From a bacterium (lineage in GTDB: Bacteria; SAR324; XYD2-FULL-50-16): a DNA stretch of 64,000 nt. The translations under genes were made by a program, and so were the position numbers. The DNA lies in the NCBI GenBank assembly GCA_032250835.1, contig JAVVEA010000010.1:32001-96000 (forward strand), written 5' to 3'. This document shows, in pieces, positions 1 through 10,204 of the stretch (position 1 is the first letter of the stretch; each line of letters begins with the position of its first letter). Below the pieces are notes generated by a model. That model was not told where the DNA came from. It saw only the letters and a list, made by a program, of their open reading frames with translations, and made no database searches.

Positions 1-1
1 C

Positions 2-622
2 CAAGCCGCTGCCTTTGCTGCCAGCCGCCCGGATGCCCAATCTAGCGGACTAGGGGACGTTGAATTGTACAGTTGGTTGCGCCATTGGCATAACGACTAC
101 AACCTTTTTGAGACCGGCTTCTTTTACCGGCACAACACCGGCGCTGCCCACTACGATGACGCTAGCCAGTTAGCTTTGGGTTATGGTCTGCCGCAGGTTG
201 GCGCACGTTTAGCCTGGGATGCGTATCTTGGCGGGTCCCGGATCATGTTCCGCACCCGAATCCAAATGGGTTATTATATTTCCCAAAAGACTCAAAATGA
301 AGCGGGCCAAGAGGTGACCGCCGCCAAGGCCAACCAAAACTGGGTCAAATCGGGAATCAACCAACAATGGGGTCCTACCCATTGGGGCTTAGAAATGCAG
401 TATGACGAAGTCTCTGAAACCAGCTTAGATAACATAGGCTTGGGTGATAACCGCCACGGGGCCAGCCTACGGTTTTATCTTGGCGCGGGTAGTTTGAGGG
501 CCCTTGAAAGTGACCCCTCGACCTTCCCTTGGATGGTTGAGGCCGGGGTGACCCAAGCCTATTGGGGCACTAACCTGCCGATGGGCAACCAGCTGGATTT
601 CTCAATGGTGCTCTACTTCTAG
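2..622 (+). CDS. 5'-truncated outer-membrane beta-barrel/transporter-like protein
   Basis: Frame is open back to the window edge (QAAAFAASRPDAQSSGLGDVELYSW...). It has a GLGD motif, aromatic/Gly-rich amphipathic strands and a C-terminal Phe. Confidence 0.55.
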   Translation, partial: QAAAFAASRPDAQSSGLGDVELYSWLRHWHNDYNLFETGFFYRHNTGAAHYDDASQLALGYGLPQVGARLAWDAYLGGSRIMFRTRIQMGYYISQKTQNEAGQEVTAAKANQNWVKSGINQQWGPTHWGLEMQYDEVSETSLDNIGLGDNRHGASLRFYLGAGSLRALESDPSTFPWMVEAGVTQAYWGTNLPMGNQLDFSMVLYF

Positions 623-1263
623 GGGCACTTGACCTCTGCCCCTGTGGCATCGTCAAAGCCCCGGTAGGCCATCAAAATGGCCTGCCACTTGATCCGGCCG
701 TCAGGCCGTCGGCGCAGCACCATGTTACACCAATAACTTTGTTCTTGGCCGTTGGCGGTTCTGAGGATAACCAACCGGTGGCGCAGCCTCCCTTCGCCCG
801 CCTCAGGGTTCCATTGCTCCAGCAGCTCAAGCAATAGGGCCTCTCGGTCCAAAGGGTCCGGCCAAAACCGCACCGGCAAAACCGGTTCTGACAATAAGAC
901 CTCCAAGGGTTCGCCTAGGTGGCGGTTGCTACTGTCCGAGAGCATCTCGGGGTGTGCCCGCTTTAGACTGGCGAGGTCGACTTTTTTTAAAAAAGACAAC
1001 AGGATCAAGGGCTCTGCATCGGAGATGAAGTCGTGTTCGGCGCGGCGTTGGTTGATGCGTTTGGCGATGCGGGTGATGAAAAAGGGCGGAATAAAGGGCA
1101 CCAACCAACTGAGCCAGCCAAAGCGCGGGTCATATTGGCGCAACGCCCCGATCAACTGCAACAGCGCCAGGATGCTAGCGCCCACCGTTAGCGTCGCCAA
1201 GGGGGGCCGAGAGACAATATATTCTAAGAGAGCCGTTAAAGCAGGGGGTCTTCGCCGGGTCAT
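619..1263 (-). CDS. Membrane protein with two N-terminal TM helices and a C-terminal PAS/PAC-like domain
   Basis: Two hydrophobic segments, followed by FWPDPLDREALL and LRTANGQEQSYWCNMVLRRRPDGRIKWQAIL, which resemble a PAS core and PAC motif. GGAG precedes the start. Confidence 0.55.
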   Translation of the reverse strand: MTRRRPPALTALLEYIVSRPPLATLTVGASILALLQLIGALRQYDPRFGWLSWLVPFIPPFFITRIAKRINQRRAEHDFISDAEPLILLSFLKKVDLASLKRAHPEMLSDSSNRHLGEPLEVLLSEPVLPVRFWPDPLDREALLLELLEQWNPEAGEGRLRHRLVILRTANGQEQSYWCNMVLRRRPDGRIKWQAILMAYRGFDDATGAEVKCP

Positions 1264-1433
1264 GAAAACTCCTTTAGCTCAGTAGAATCCAGTGTTTTTT
1301 CTTTAAGAATACCAGAAATCTCAAATTATAGCATATAAGTTATTGAAATCCAAGAACGAAAATATTTCTGGCGGCGGACCGCAAGCCGCGTTATAGTGAG
1401 CGATTGATATAAACACTTGTTCCTTCGAGTCCC

Positions 1434-3257
1434 ATGATCAACGAAAAAATTCGCAGTATCGCCATCATCGCCCACGTAGACCACGGCAAGACCACTTTGG
1501 TAGACCAACTCTTTCGCCAGTGCGGCCTGTTCCGCGAAGGGCAAGATGTGGACGACCGGATCATGGATAGCATGGATCTGGAGCGCGAACGTGGCATCAC
1601 CATCGCCGCCAAGAACTGCGCCATCGAATACGACGGCGTCAAGATCAACATCATCGACACTCCGGGCCACGCCGACTTCGGCGGCGAGGTGGAACGCAGT
1701 TTGAGCATGGCCGATGGGGCCATTCTTCTGGTGGACTCCTCTGAAGGCCCGCTGCCCCAAACCCGCTTCGTTTTAGAAAAGACCCTGAACCTGGGGCTTA
1801 AGGTGATGGTGGTGATCAACAAGATCGACCGGGCGGACTCACGCATCGAAGAAATCACCAACGAGATCTACGACCTCTTCATCGACCTCGGTGCCGATGA
1901 TACCCAATTGGAATTCCCGCTGCTTTACGCCATTGGCCGTGACGGGATCGCTAAGTTGGCTTTGGAAGACGAAGGCGTCAACCTGCGGCCCCTTTTGGAC
2001 ACGGTGCTTAAGACCGTGGACCCGCCGAAGTGCGACGACGCCAAACCGGCCCAAATGTTGGTTTCGGATTTGGGCTACTCTGATTATTTAGGCCGTTTGG
2101 CGATCGGCAAGATCCACAACGGCAAGATCAGCGCTACCGACAAGCTAGTTTGCATCGGTGAAAACGGCCAGCCCCGCCCCTTGAAAATCACCAAACTTCA
2201 GGTTTACAAGGGCCTGGGCTTTGAAGAAGTCAAATCAGCCGAAGGCGGTGAGATTGTGGTGCTTTCGGGTATCGAAGAAGTCAAGATCGGTGACACCATC
2301 ACCTTGGCTGAAAACCCCAAAGCGCTCAAGCGGATCACCGTGGATGAGCCCACCGTGGCCATGCGTTTCGGCATCAACTCCGGCCCGCTCTCGGGTAAAG
2401 AAGGCAAGTTGGTCCAGTCTTCGAAGATCAAAGAACGGCTCGACAAAGAATGCCTTTCGAACGTGGCGCTTAAAGTTGAGCAGGGCGACGACCGCGACAG
2501 CTTCTTGGTCAAAGGCCGCGGTGAGTTCCAGATGGCGATCCTGATCGAGCAGATGCGCCGTGAGGGTTTTGAACTCTGCGTTGGCCGCCCTGAGGTGATC
2601 TACAAGCGCGACGAAAACAATAAGCTGTTGGAGCCTATCGAACACTTGTTTGTGGACTGCGAAGAGGCTTATGTGGGCGTGGTGACCGAAAAACTGTCGC
2701 TGCGCAAAGGGAAGATGATCAACCTGACCAACCACAACACCGGTCGGGTCCGCGTTGAGTTCAGCCTGCCCAGCCGCTCGTTGATCGGTTACCGTGACGA
2801 ATTTTTGACGGACACCAAGGGCACGGGCTTGATGAACAGTTATCTGGCCGGTTACGAGCCCCACCGCGGTGAGTTCCCGGTGCGCCATACCGGCAGTTTG
2901 GTGTCGGACCGCTCCGGCAATGCGGTGGCCTATGCGCTCTTTAACTTAGAACCCCGTGGTACTTTGTTTGTGAAGCCCGGCGACCCGATTTACGAAGGGA
3001 TGGTGATCGGCGAACACAACCGCGATGGTGATTTGGACGTCAACCCGGCTAAAGAAAAGAAGCTGTCTAACGTCCGTGCTTCGGGCAAAGACGACGCGGT
3101 GACTCTGTCACCGGTGCGGCCGATGACTTTAGAAGCTGCGATCAACTTCCTCAACGATGATGAGCAAGTTGAAGCAACGCCCAAATCGGTCCGCATCCGC
3201 AAGATCTACCTGTCCCACCAAGAACGCGCTATTGCCGCAAAACGCAAGAAACAGTAA
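1434..3257 (+). CDS. typA: Translational GTPase TypA/BipA
   Basis: [38 protein letters not shown] and [18 protein letters not shown] motifs; 607 aa. Confidence 0.98.
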   Translation: MINEKIRSIAIIAHVDHGKTTLVDQLFRQCGLFREGQDVDDRIMDSMDLERERGITIAAKNCAIEYDGVKINIIDTPGHADFGGEVERSLSMADGAILLVDSSEGPLPQTRFVLEKTLNLGLKVMVVINKIDRADSRIEEITNEIYDLFIDLGADDTQLEFPLLYAIGRDGIAKLALEDEGVNLRPLLDTVLKTVDPPKCDDAKPAQMLVSDLGYSDYLGRLAIGKIHNGKISATDKLVCIGENGQPRPLKITKLQVYKGLGFEEVKSAEGGEIVVLSGIEEVKIGDTITLAENPKALKRITVDEPTVAMRFGINSGPLSGKEGKLVQSSKIKERLDKECLSNVALKVEQGDDRDSFLVKGRGEFQMAILIEQMRREGFELCVGRPEVIYKRDENNKLLEPIEHLFVDCEEAYVGVVTEKLSLRKGKMINLTNHNTGRVRVEFSLPSRSLIGYRDEFLTDTKGTGLMNSYLAGYEPHRGEFPVRHTGSLVSDRSGNAVAYALFNLEPRGTLFVKPGDPIYEGMVIGEHNRDGDLDVNPAKEKKLSNVRASGKDDAVTLSPVRPMTLEAAINFLNDDEQVEATPKSVRIRKIYLSHQERAIAAKRKKQ

Positions 3258-3276
3258 GGGCTAGCCCCTAAAGCTT

Positions 3277-3304
3277 CTACCGGAGCCTATTGGGCCTCCG
3301 GTAG
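3277..3304 (+). terminator. Hairpin after typA (possible intrinsic terminator)
   Basis: 9-bp stem CTACCGGAG/CTCCGGTAG about 20 nt after the stop. The T-tract lies ~30 nt further on rather than directly adjacent. Confidence 0.5.
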
Positions 3305-3430
3305 GGCGACTGCATCGGTTAGAACTACTAGTCTTTTTTTTTCTTCTCTCTCCTGTTACGCTCGGGCGAACGGTAAAGGGACCTACCCAAAGGGGTGGGT
3401 TTTTTGCTGCCGCATCGCTTGAGGGGGCCT

Positions 3431-3847
3431 ATGCACGACACCATGATTCATTGGGGCTCAGAGTACGAGCTAGGGATTAGCCAGATAGACCAGCAGCACC
3501 GCCAACTGGCTATGCTGATCAATGGGCTGCGCGCTGCTATGTCTTACGGCGATGCCCGGCCTATTTTGGGGGGGATGTTAGAAAAACTAATCCGCCACGC
3601 CACCCTGCACTTCCAAATCGAACAGCGCTTACTCAAGGAAGTAGATTACCCTGAACTAGAGGATCACCTCTCCCAGCATGCCGAGTTGGTCGGGCGGGTC
3701 CATGATTTACACAACCGCTTCAAGGAAAAACCCGACTTTTTGATCTGCGTGGAAATCCACCAGTTGTTGAAAAACTGGTTGCTTGACCATGACCTCAAGG
3801 AAGACCGAAGATTTGTGCAATTCTTGAAGTCACGTCCCGAAACCTGA
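3431..3847 (+). CDS. Single-domain bacteriohemerythrin
   Basis: W-x4-ELGISQIDQQH, HFQIEQ, YPELEDHLSQH and WLLDHDLKED di-iron ligand motifs. ATG at 3431 follows GAGGGGG. Confidence 0.92.
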   Translation: MHDTMIHWGSEYELGISQIDQQHRQLAMLINGLRAAMSYGDARPILGGMLEKLIRHATLHFQIEQRLLKEVDYPELEDHLSQHAELVGRVHDLHNRFKEKPDFLICVEIHQLLKNWLLDHDLKEDRRFVQFLKSRPET

Positions 3848-3859
3848 CGGAGCGGCGTC

Positions 3860-4438
3860 TCAGCCCTTCGTTAAACTTCCCAGCAAAGCCATCAATATTT
3901 TAGCCTCGAGCCGCTGCGCGTCCGTTGCCTGTGCCTGGATCGCCACCCCGGCGGTGTCACTTAAAAGAGCGCAATAGAAGGCTCGGTAGTCGTCGGTACG
4001 GTTAGCGCTGGCCCAATAAACATCAAGGCCCTGTGGGTTGGTTTTCCAGCCCGCTAGGCCCAGTTCGAAGTCCTGGTCGCGGGCCAACAAGGCGACCTGA
4101 TACCGGCAGGCCGTATCGGCTCGGCCCAGGCTCTTGGCGGCGGTCACCTGGAGCGCGCCAGACTCGGCACTTAAGATCACCCGCAAGCCGTCGCTGGCGT
4201 CGGAGGCCTGATAAAGGGGGGTGAATTGCTGGCTATCGTATTCAAAATGGCCGACCGTCTTGCCTAGGCTGTCGGTTACGGTGACTTGGGTGACTTGCGA
4301 GCTAACGTCGGTTCCGTAGCTACCGGTGCCTAAGGCGGACTTGGGTTGCTCTTCCGGTCCGCTCACCGCTCCGCACCCAGCCAAAACCCAAAGGGCAGAG
4401 GCTGCGAGCCACCAGGATAAGATCGTTTTAGAAGGCAT
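3860..4438 (-). CDS. Lipoprotein of unknown function
   Basis: Lipobox LAGC after a hydrophobic signal; overlaps the end of the upstream Omp85-like gene. Confidence 0.75.
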   Translation of the reverse strand: MPSKTILSWWLAASALWVLAGCGAVSGPEEQPKSALGTGSYGTDVSSQVTQVTVTDSLGKTVGHFEYDSQQFTPLYQASDASDGLRVILSAESGALQVTAAKSLGRADTACRYQVALLARDQDFELGLAGWKTNPQGLDVYWASANRTDDYRAFYCALLSDTAGVAIQAQATDAQRLEAKILMALLGSLTKG

Positions 4439-5570
4439 GGTCGATGGTTAAATGGGTTTGGGGCCCCTCTTCACTAAAGCCCAAGTCCAGCCGCAACACG
4501 ATGGCGTCGATCAAAGCCCGTACCCCGGCACCGTAGGAGCGGTGGATATCTTGTGTGAGTCGCTCATCATCCTGTGGCGAGACCTGTCCTTCTTCATAAA
4601 ATCCGGCCAGTTGCAGTCCCTCTAACTTGCCGTGAACCAGTAGCCAGTCCATGTCCAGGTTGGTGGGGATACTGTAGCGCAGTTCGGCGATTTTGGTTTG
4701 AGCGAACCGATCAGACCACCGCCCGCCAGGGTAGCCGCGCAGGCGCAAAAATCCACAGGTGATCACCTGATCGCTCTCTTCTAACCCTTGGGCGCTACAC
4801 CATTCCCGATACAAGGCTAAGGTAGTTTGTTCGCCCCAGGGAAGGTAAAGCCCCAGGTTGTATTGATGGGTCTTGACCTGTTCCGAGCGGGGGTCCTCTT
4901 CGGTATTGGAAGTGCCTAGGATGGACTTTTTGGGTGCCCGGAGGTTCGTGCTGTAGGTCATCCTCAGCCCTTTGTGCGGGTCTACCCAGTCGTCGGTAAA
5001 GTCCAACTTAATTTGTCCCGAGGCGGCGTGGGAGGCCTGGAGCACTTCTTGGCCCGCGCTGTTGATCTCATATCCTTTAAAGAACACCAGGTTGTAGCTG
5101 AGTTCAAAACGGCGCTCCCAAAGCCGGTAGGAGGGGCGCAAGAAATAGTAATTGAACTCTCCGGTATAAGGGATCAAGTAGTTGGGTGAATCCCGACCGG
5201 GCAGATAGCTGTAATAGTCGTTGAATTTGATGTCGCCAAACCAATATTCGAAGGTTAAGCCCGGAATTAGCAGCGGAACTTCCCGCAGGGCGTAGGCGCG
5301 GATATGGATGTCCGATCCGGTCCCGTCTGAGTTACCCACCGTTTGGGCCTCGGTTACGGCGGCGTCGACACCGCTACCCCAAAGGTTTGAAAAACTGCCC
5401 AGCACACCGACAAATACCCCCACACCGGGCATCGAAGCCAGCGCTGGAATCACCATGTAGACATTTTCGTCGCGGTCTTCGTAAAGTCTTCTTCGGTCGG
5501 GGATCCATGCGGAGGCATCGTTGATGAAAAGGGTGAGGGCCAAGAGGCTTAAGAGTAATTTTTTGGACAT
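4428..5570 (-). CDS. Omp85/BamA-TamA-like outer-membrane beta-barrel lacking POTRA domains
   Basis: Signal peptide MSKKLLLSLLALTLFINDASA, LRGY loop motif, ELRY, SYGAGVR..LRLDLGF and a terminal Phe. Confidence 0.75.
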   Translation of the reverse strand: MSKKLLLSLLALTLFINDASAWIPDRRRLYEDRDENVYMVIPALASMPGVGVFVGVLGSFSNLWGSGVDAAVTEAQTVGNSDGTGSDIHIRAYALREVPLLIPGLTFEYWFGDIKFNDYYSYLPGRDSPNYLIPYTGEFNYYFLRPSYRLWERRFELSYNLVFFKGYEINSAGQEVLQASHAASGQIKLDFTDDWVDPHKGLRMTYSTNLRAPKKSILGTSNTEEDPRSEQVKTHQYNLGLYLPWGEQTTLALYREWCSAQGLEESDQVITCGFLRLRGYPGGRWSDRFAQTKIAELRYSIPTNLDMDWLLVHGKLEGLQLAGFYEEGQVSPQDDERLTQDIHRSYGAGVRALIDAIVLRLDLGFSEEGPQTHLTIDHAF

Positions 5571-5753
5571 CATAAGCAATGAGAGTTGGGTAGCTGCGAT
5601 AAAATTATATCTTGGTGGGGTTTCTGCCAACCTGCGAATGCTCAATCTTTATAGAAAAATCAAGGCTTTACTTCGGTGAACTGGGGCTGCCGTTGCCAGT
5701 TGGCCCCAAAGCGGCTAGCCTAACCCAGAACCCCTTAGCTTTAGGTGCCGCCC

Positions 5754-6449
5754 ATGTTTTTGGAGTCTCATTCGCTCTACCTGCCCGGCCTTGAACCTGG
5801 GCAATCCTTGTCTGATTGGGGCGGCCCGGTAGACGATGCGGGTCCTCTCTTGGCGTTTTTAGAGGCCAAACAGCGCAGGCGGCTTTCTAAGCTAGACCGG
5901 TTGGTGCTTCAGGTGGCCCACCAGATCGGCCCCCCCGAAGTTTTGGCCGAGCGGGTGATCCTTTTTGCCAGTCGCCACGGAGAAATCGGCACCACCCTAA
6001 AACTTTTGCACCAATGGACCCAGGGTGAATCCTTGAGCCCCGCCGGGTTTAGCCACTCGGTCCACAATGCCCCGGCGGGGCGGCTCTCTATTTTAACGCA
6101 CAACCACCAACCAGCCAGCACCGTTTCCATGGGTTGTGACAGCCTGCAAGCGGGACTGATTGAGGCCGCCTCGCTCTTGGCCCGATACCCGGAGCGCCGG
6201 GTTTTGCTGCTTTTGGCCGACGAGCCTTTGGCCGCACCTCTGGACCTTTTAGGGATTGAGCCCATCTGGCCTAGCGCTTTAGCCTTGGACTTGAGTGCTC
6301 GGGTTGGCTGGCGGCTTAAGGTGCTACCGGGGACGGGAGCTGAGCCCGAGTCTGCCATGCTCCGTTTGGTTCGGTGGATTGAGCAAGGGGGCAGCGAACT
6401 GAAGCTAGAGGGCGAGCAGTTGGGCCTGCTGCTGCAAAAGGCGAACTAA
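5754..6449 (+). CDS. Beta-ketoacyl synthase chain-length factor (Ketoacyl-synt_2, ApeC-like)
   Basis: RRRLS, FASRHGE and LSPAGFSHSVHNAPAG are hallmarks of the short KS-like CLF in aryl polyene clusters. Confidence 0.88.
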   Translation: MFLESHSLYLPGLEPGQSLSDWGGPVDDAGPLLAFLEAKQRRRLSKLDRLVLQVAHQIGPPEVLAERVILFASRHGEIGTTLKLLHQWTQGESLSPAGFSHSVHNAPAGRLSILTHNHQPASTVSMGCDSLQAGLIEAASLLARYPERRVLLLLADEPLAAPLDLLGIEPIWPSALALDLSARVGWRLKVLPGTGAEPESAMLRLVRWIEQGGSELKLEGEQLGLLLQKAN

Positions 6450-6552
6450 GGGTTGCCTAAATAGCGCAAAACAGCGAAAATCGGCCCTATTTGTCTTAGG
6501 TGGCCTTTGTCCCCTTTGTTGACCACCAGCCAACCTTCCCTTGCGCTTGCTG

Positions 6553-6822
6553 ATGAATGCCTTCACTGAACTGGAATTGGAGCTGAAACGATTGATCATC
6601 CAAACCTTGGATTTGGAGGATCTCAGCCCCGAAGATATTGATAGCCAGGAATCTTTGTTCGGAGAGGGCCTTGGGTTAGACAGCATCGATGCGCTGGAAC
6701 TGGGCATTGCCCTACAAAAGTCTTATGGCCTGAAGCTTTCGGGTGACTCTGAAGAAAACCGCCGCCACTTCTTCTCGATTTCTAGTCTTGCCCAGTTGGT
6801 GGCGGCCCACCAGACTAGCTGA
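6553..6822 (+). CDS. Acyl carrier protein (ApeE-like)
   Basis: LFGEGLGLDSIDALELG phosphopantetheinylation motif. Confidence 0.93.
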   Translation: MNAFTELELELKRLIIQTLDLEDLSPEDIDSQESLFGEGLGLDSIDALELGIALQKSYGLKLSGDSEENRRHFFSISSLAQLVAAHQTS

Positions 6823-8534
6823 TGCCTCGCTCCGGCTGGATTCGCTTAGAGCGCTTGCTGAATGAACCGCTCGCCGGGCGTTGCCTTTGTTTTTGGAAAG
6901 ACCAATCGATCCACTCTGAACAACTAGCCCCGCTGCTGGGTCCTTTGGTCGAAAAGCTGCGGGACTCCGCTCCGGGCGGTTGGCTACTCTTCGCCCAAGA
7001 TAGCTGGCACTTCACCTTAGGCCTACTGGCGCTTTGGGCTGATGGCCGGCCAGCGCTGTTGCCGCCGAATGACCAGCCCGAAACACTAGCTTTGTGGGCC
7101 TCTGAAGCGGTTGGATTTTTGGGCGAAAGGGACCCAGGCTTGGGTTTGCCTTGGATTGACTTAGGGAGCTGCAAGCCCGGACCGGCCTTGAGTCCCCGCT
7201 TGCTGGACCCCCAGAGGCTGGCCCTGCGCCTCTTCACTTCGGGCACCACCGGCGAGCCCAAAGGGGTGGATAAAAAGCTGAGCCAACTAGCCGACGAGGT
7301 CGCCGCCCAGGAATCAGTTTTTGGGGACCAAGGAGGCAACGGCGCGGTTTTTTCGACCGTCTCCCACCAGCATATTTACGGCTTGCTCTTTCGTCTGCTT
7401 TGGCCGCTCTGCGCCGGTCGGCCTTTTGCCCGAAAGGCTCATTTTTACCCCGAAGAACTGATCGCTGATTTAAGCCCCGGTGCTCTGTTAATCAGCGGTC
7501 CGGCCCACCTCAAGCGCATCCCGCAGCTAATTGAATGGTCGGACTTGGCGGCGGTTGATCCGTTGATCTTTAGCAGCGGCGGGCCCCTACCGAGCGAAAG
7601 GGCCGAACAGTATCGGTCTAAATTAGGGCGCGCGCCCATTGAAATGTTCGGCAGTACCGAAACGGGCGGCGTCGCTTGGCGTCAAGTCCAAGCTGAAGAC
7701 CCAGAACCACTCTGGACCCCTCTGCCGCAGGTGGAGACTCAGTTGGATTCGGCCGGGATGTTAGTGGTTCGGTCGCCCTATGTTAGCTTAGAACCGGGGC
7801 AAACATGGTTGGTTATGGGTGACCGCGCCGAAATCACCCCTATGGGCTTACGTCTCTTGGGCCGAGGGGACCGGATCGTCAAAATTGAAGAAAAGCGTTT
7901 GAGTCTGCCGGAGATGGAAGCGCGGCTCGAAGCTTGTGTTTGGGTGGAACGGGCTTGGCTGGTCCCCCTTGAAGGCTCCCGCCTGCGTTTGGGCGCGGCT
8001 CTGGTCGCCAGTGAAGCCGCCGCAAAACGCTTGGCGGCAGGTGAAGAGAAAGCCCTCATTGGGGAGTTAAAAGAATATCTGGCTGGTTACTATGAGGCGA
8101 TTCTGAGGCCCCGCACTTGGATTTGGCTGGAGCAATTCCCGCTAGACCCGCAGGGCAAAATCGACCGCTTGGCTTTGTTGGGGCACTTCAATCAGCCCCA
8201 GATGCCCGTTGAACACCAACGCTTGGCCCAGGCGGACCGTTTGCGTCTGCGTTTGGAGGTGCCCGCTCAATTGCGCTGGTGCCAGGGGCATTTTGAGGGG
8301 GACCCCTTGGTCCCCGGCGTGGCCTCACTGGATTGGGCCCAACGATACCTAGAAGAACACTTGGGCGAGCCCGCAGCGCTCAAGGAAGCCCAAAAAATCA
8401 AATTTGGGGCCCCGCTGAAACCGGGTCAGGTCTTTTGGTTGGAGCTAAGACGTCAAGGTGAACAGAGCTGGGCTTTTAGCTTAACCGAAGGGGGCCTGTC
8501 CTTTGGTTCGGGCCTTTTGGTGGTGGAGGCCTGA
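6822..8534 (+). CDS. AMP-dependent acyl-ACP/CoA ligase fused to a FabA-like hotdog dehydratase (ApeH-ApeI-like)
   Basis: FTSGTTGEPK, HQHIYGLLF, FGSTETGG and GRGDRIVKIEEKR; C-terminal GHFEGDPLVPGV. Confidence 0.9.
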   Translation: MPRSGWIRLERLLNEPLAGRCLCFWKDQSIHSEQLAPLLGPLVEKLRDSAPGGWLLFAQDSWHFTLGLLALWADGRPALLPPNDQPETLALWASEAVGFLGERDPGLGLPWIDLGSCKPGPALSPRLLDPQRLALRLFTSGTTGEPKGVDKKLSQLADEVAAQESVFGDQGGNGAVFSTVSHQHIYGLLFRLLWPLCAGRPFARKAHFYPEELIADLSPGALLISGPAHLKRIPQLIEWSDLAAVDPLIFSSGGPLPSERAEQYRSKLGRAPIEMFGSTETGGVAWRQVQAEDPEPLWTPLPQVETQLDSAGMLVVRSPYVSLEPGQTWLVMGDRAEITPMGLRLLGRGDRIVKIEEKRLSLPEMEARLEACVWVERAWLVPLEGSRLRLGAALVASEAAAKRLAAGEEKALIGELKEYLAGYYEAILRPRTWIWLEQFPLDPQGKIDRLALLGHFNQPQMPVEHQRLAQADRLRLRLEVPAQLRWCQGHFEGDPLVPGVASLDWAQRYLEEHLGEPAALKEAQKIKFGAPLKPGQVFWLELRRQGEQSWAFSLTEGGLSFGSGLLVVEA

Positions 8535-10204
8535 TGCGTTTTTGTGTCGTTATCCCCAACCACAACCACAAAGACCCTATCCGGGGGGTGATCGAAGCGC
8601 TTAAGCCCTTTGGCTTCCCGGTGGTGTTGGTGGATGATGGGTCCGATGCGGCGAGCAAAGAGGTCTTCGCACAGATTGTTCAAGATCACCCCGAGGTTAC
8701 GTTGGTTACTCGGTCCGAAAACGGCGGCAAGGGGGCGGCGGTCAAGGATGGCTTGCGCAAAGCCCGCCAATTGGGCTTTACCCACGCCGTCCAGGTGGAC
8801 GCAGACGGGCAACATGACTTAGCCGATTTCCCCAAATTTATCGAAGCCGCCCGGGCCAACCCCCGTGCTGTGATTCTGGGCCAGCCGGTCTTTGACCATA
8901 CCGCCCCGAAAGCCCGGCTCTTCGGGCGTAAGGTGACCCGTTCCGTGATCTGGCTGCAATGCCTCTCCAGGGCGATCAAAGATGGGCTTTGCGGTTACCG
9001 TTGTTATCCCCTAGGCCCTACGGTGCGGGTTTTAGAACGCCGCCACGCAGGCAACCGGATGGACTTTGACCCCGAAATTGCGGTCTTTTTGTTTTGGGAA
9101 GGCCTCAAGGTGGTCAATATCCCCACTAAGGTTCGATACATCGAAGGCAACCTGTCTAATTACCGCTATTGGGCCGACAACTTATTGGTAGCTCGTTCCC
9201 ATACCTTGTTGGGCTTGCGGTCCTTGGCGCTGGCTCCTTATACCTTGCTTAAACGGCTCTTTGGCCCCAAGGGTGGGCCGGACTGGTATGAGCGCCAGGA
9301 GCGCACCAACGATTTTTGGATTAACCTGGCACTGATTCTGTTGACCAACGTCGGCTCAGGCTTGACCCGGTTGATGATGTATCCGGTGATCCTCTATTTT
9401 TATCTCTCCGACCGACGCGGGCGCGACGCCATCACAGAGTTTTTGAGCCAAGTCCAGTTGGACCCGCGTGCCGCCGAGAAGTTGCCTAAAAAGCCCGGAG
9501 CCTGGGCGAGCTACCTGCAATACTGGCATTTTGGGGATCTTCTGCTGGAGCGCTTTGAGATTTGGCGGCATAAAGGCGGCGATTATCAGGTGGAAATCGA
9601 AGGGCAAAAATGGGTCGATGAGATTGACCAGAACCCTAAAGGGGCTCTGTTCATCAGCGGGCACTTTGGCGGGCCGGACCTACTCAAAGCGCTGAGCTTG
9701 AGTCAAGGACAGCGGCCAGTGCACAGCATCATGTTTAATAAAAACGCCCAATCGGTGATGAACCTCTTAAAAAAAATCGACCCCGACTCTAACGATCATA
9801 TTGTCGAGCTATCGCGCATCGATCCGGGGTCCATCTTTGAATTGCAGGCGGCTTTGGAGCGTGGCGAGTTGGTGGGGGTGCTGGCCGACCGCCTGACCTA
9901 CGGCGCTGAATCCCGCTATAGCCTGCGCCCCTTTTTCGGACGTCCCGCCCCGATGCCCCACGGTCCCTGGATTTTGGCCAGCCTGTTGGAATGTCCGGTC
10001 TATGTGGTGTTTGCCGTAAAAGAGGGCCGCCGCCAGTTCCGTTTCCGGTTCGTCAAGTTGGCCGATCAAGTCCATTTAGACCGCAAAAGACGGGTCGAGC
10101 AGATCGACCAACTGATCGACCGCTATCTGGCCGAATACGAAGCCATGATCTGCCGTTATCCACAGCAATGGACCAACTTCTATCCCTTCTGGGAGGAGCC
10201 GTGA
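8534..10204 (+). CDS. GT2 glycosyltransferase fused to an LpxL-like acyltransferase (ApeJ-like)
   Basis: VDDGS, NGGKGAA, QVDADGQH and MDFDPE; C-terminal half has GHFG, LADR and YPQQWTNFYPFW. Confidence 0.9.
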   Translation: MRFCVVIPNHNHKDPIRGVIEALKPFGFPVVLVDDGSDAASKEVFAQIVQDHPEVTLVTRSENGGKGAAVKDGLRKARQLGFTHAVQVDADGQHDLADFPKFIEAARANPRAVILGQPVFDHTAPKARLFGRKVTRSVIWLQCLSRAIKDGLCGYRCYPLGPTVRVLERRHAGNRMDFDPEIAVFLFWEGLKVVNIPTKVRYIEGNLSNYRYWADNLLVARSHTLLGLRSLALAPYTLLKRLFGPKGGPDWYERQERTNDFWINLALILLTNVGSGLTRLMMYPVILYFYLSDRRGRDAITEFLSQVQLDPRAAEKLPKKPGAWASYLQYWHFGDLLLERFEIWRHKGGDYQVEIEGQKWVDEIDQNPKGALFISGHFGGPDLLKALSLSQGQRPVHSIMFNKNAQSVMNLLKKIDPDSNDHIVELSRIDPGSIFELQAALERGELVGVLADRLTYGAESRYSLRPFFGRPAPMPHGPWILASLLECPVYVVFAVKEGRRQFRFRFVKLADQVHLDRKRRVEQIDQLIDRYLAEYEAMICRYPQQWTNFYPFWEEP

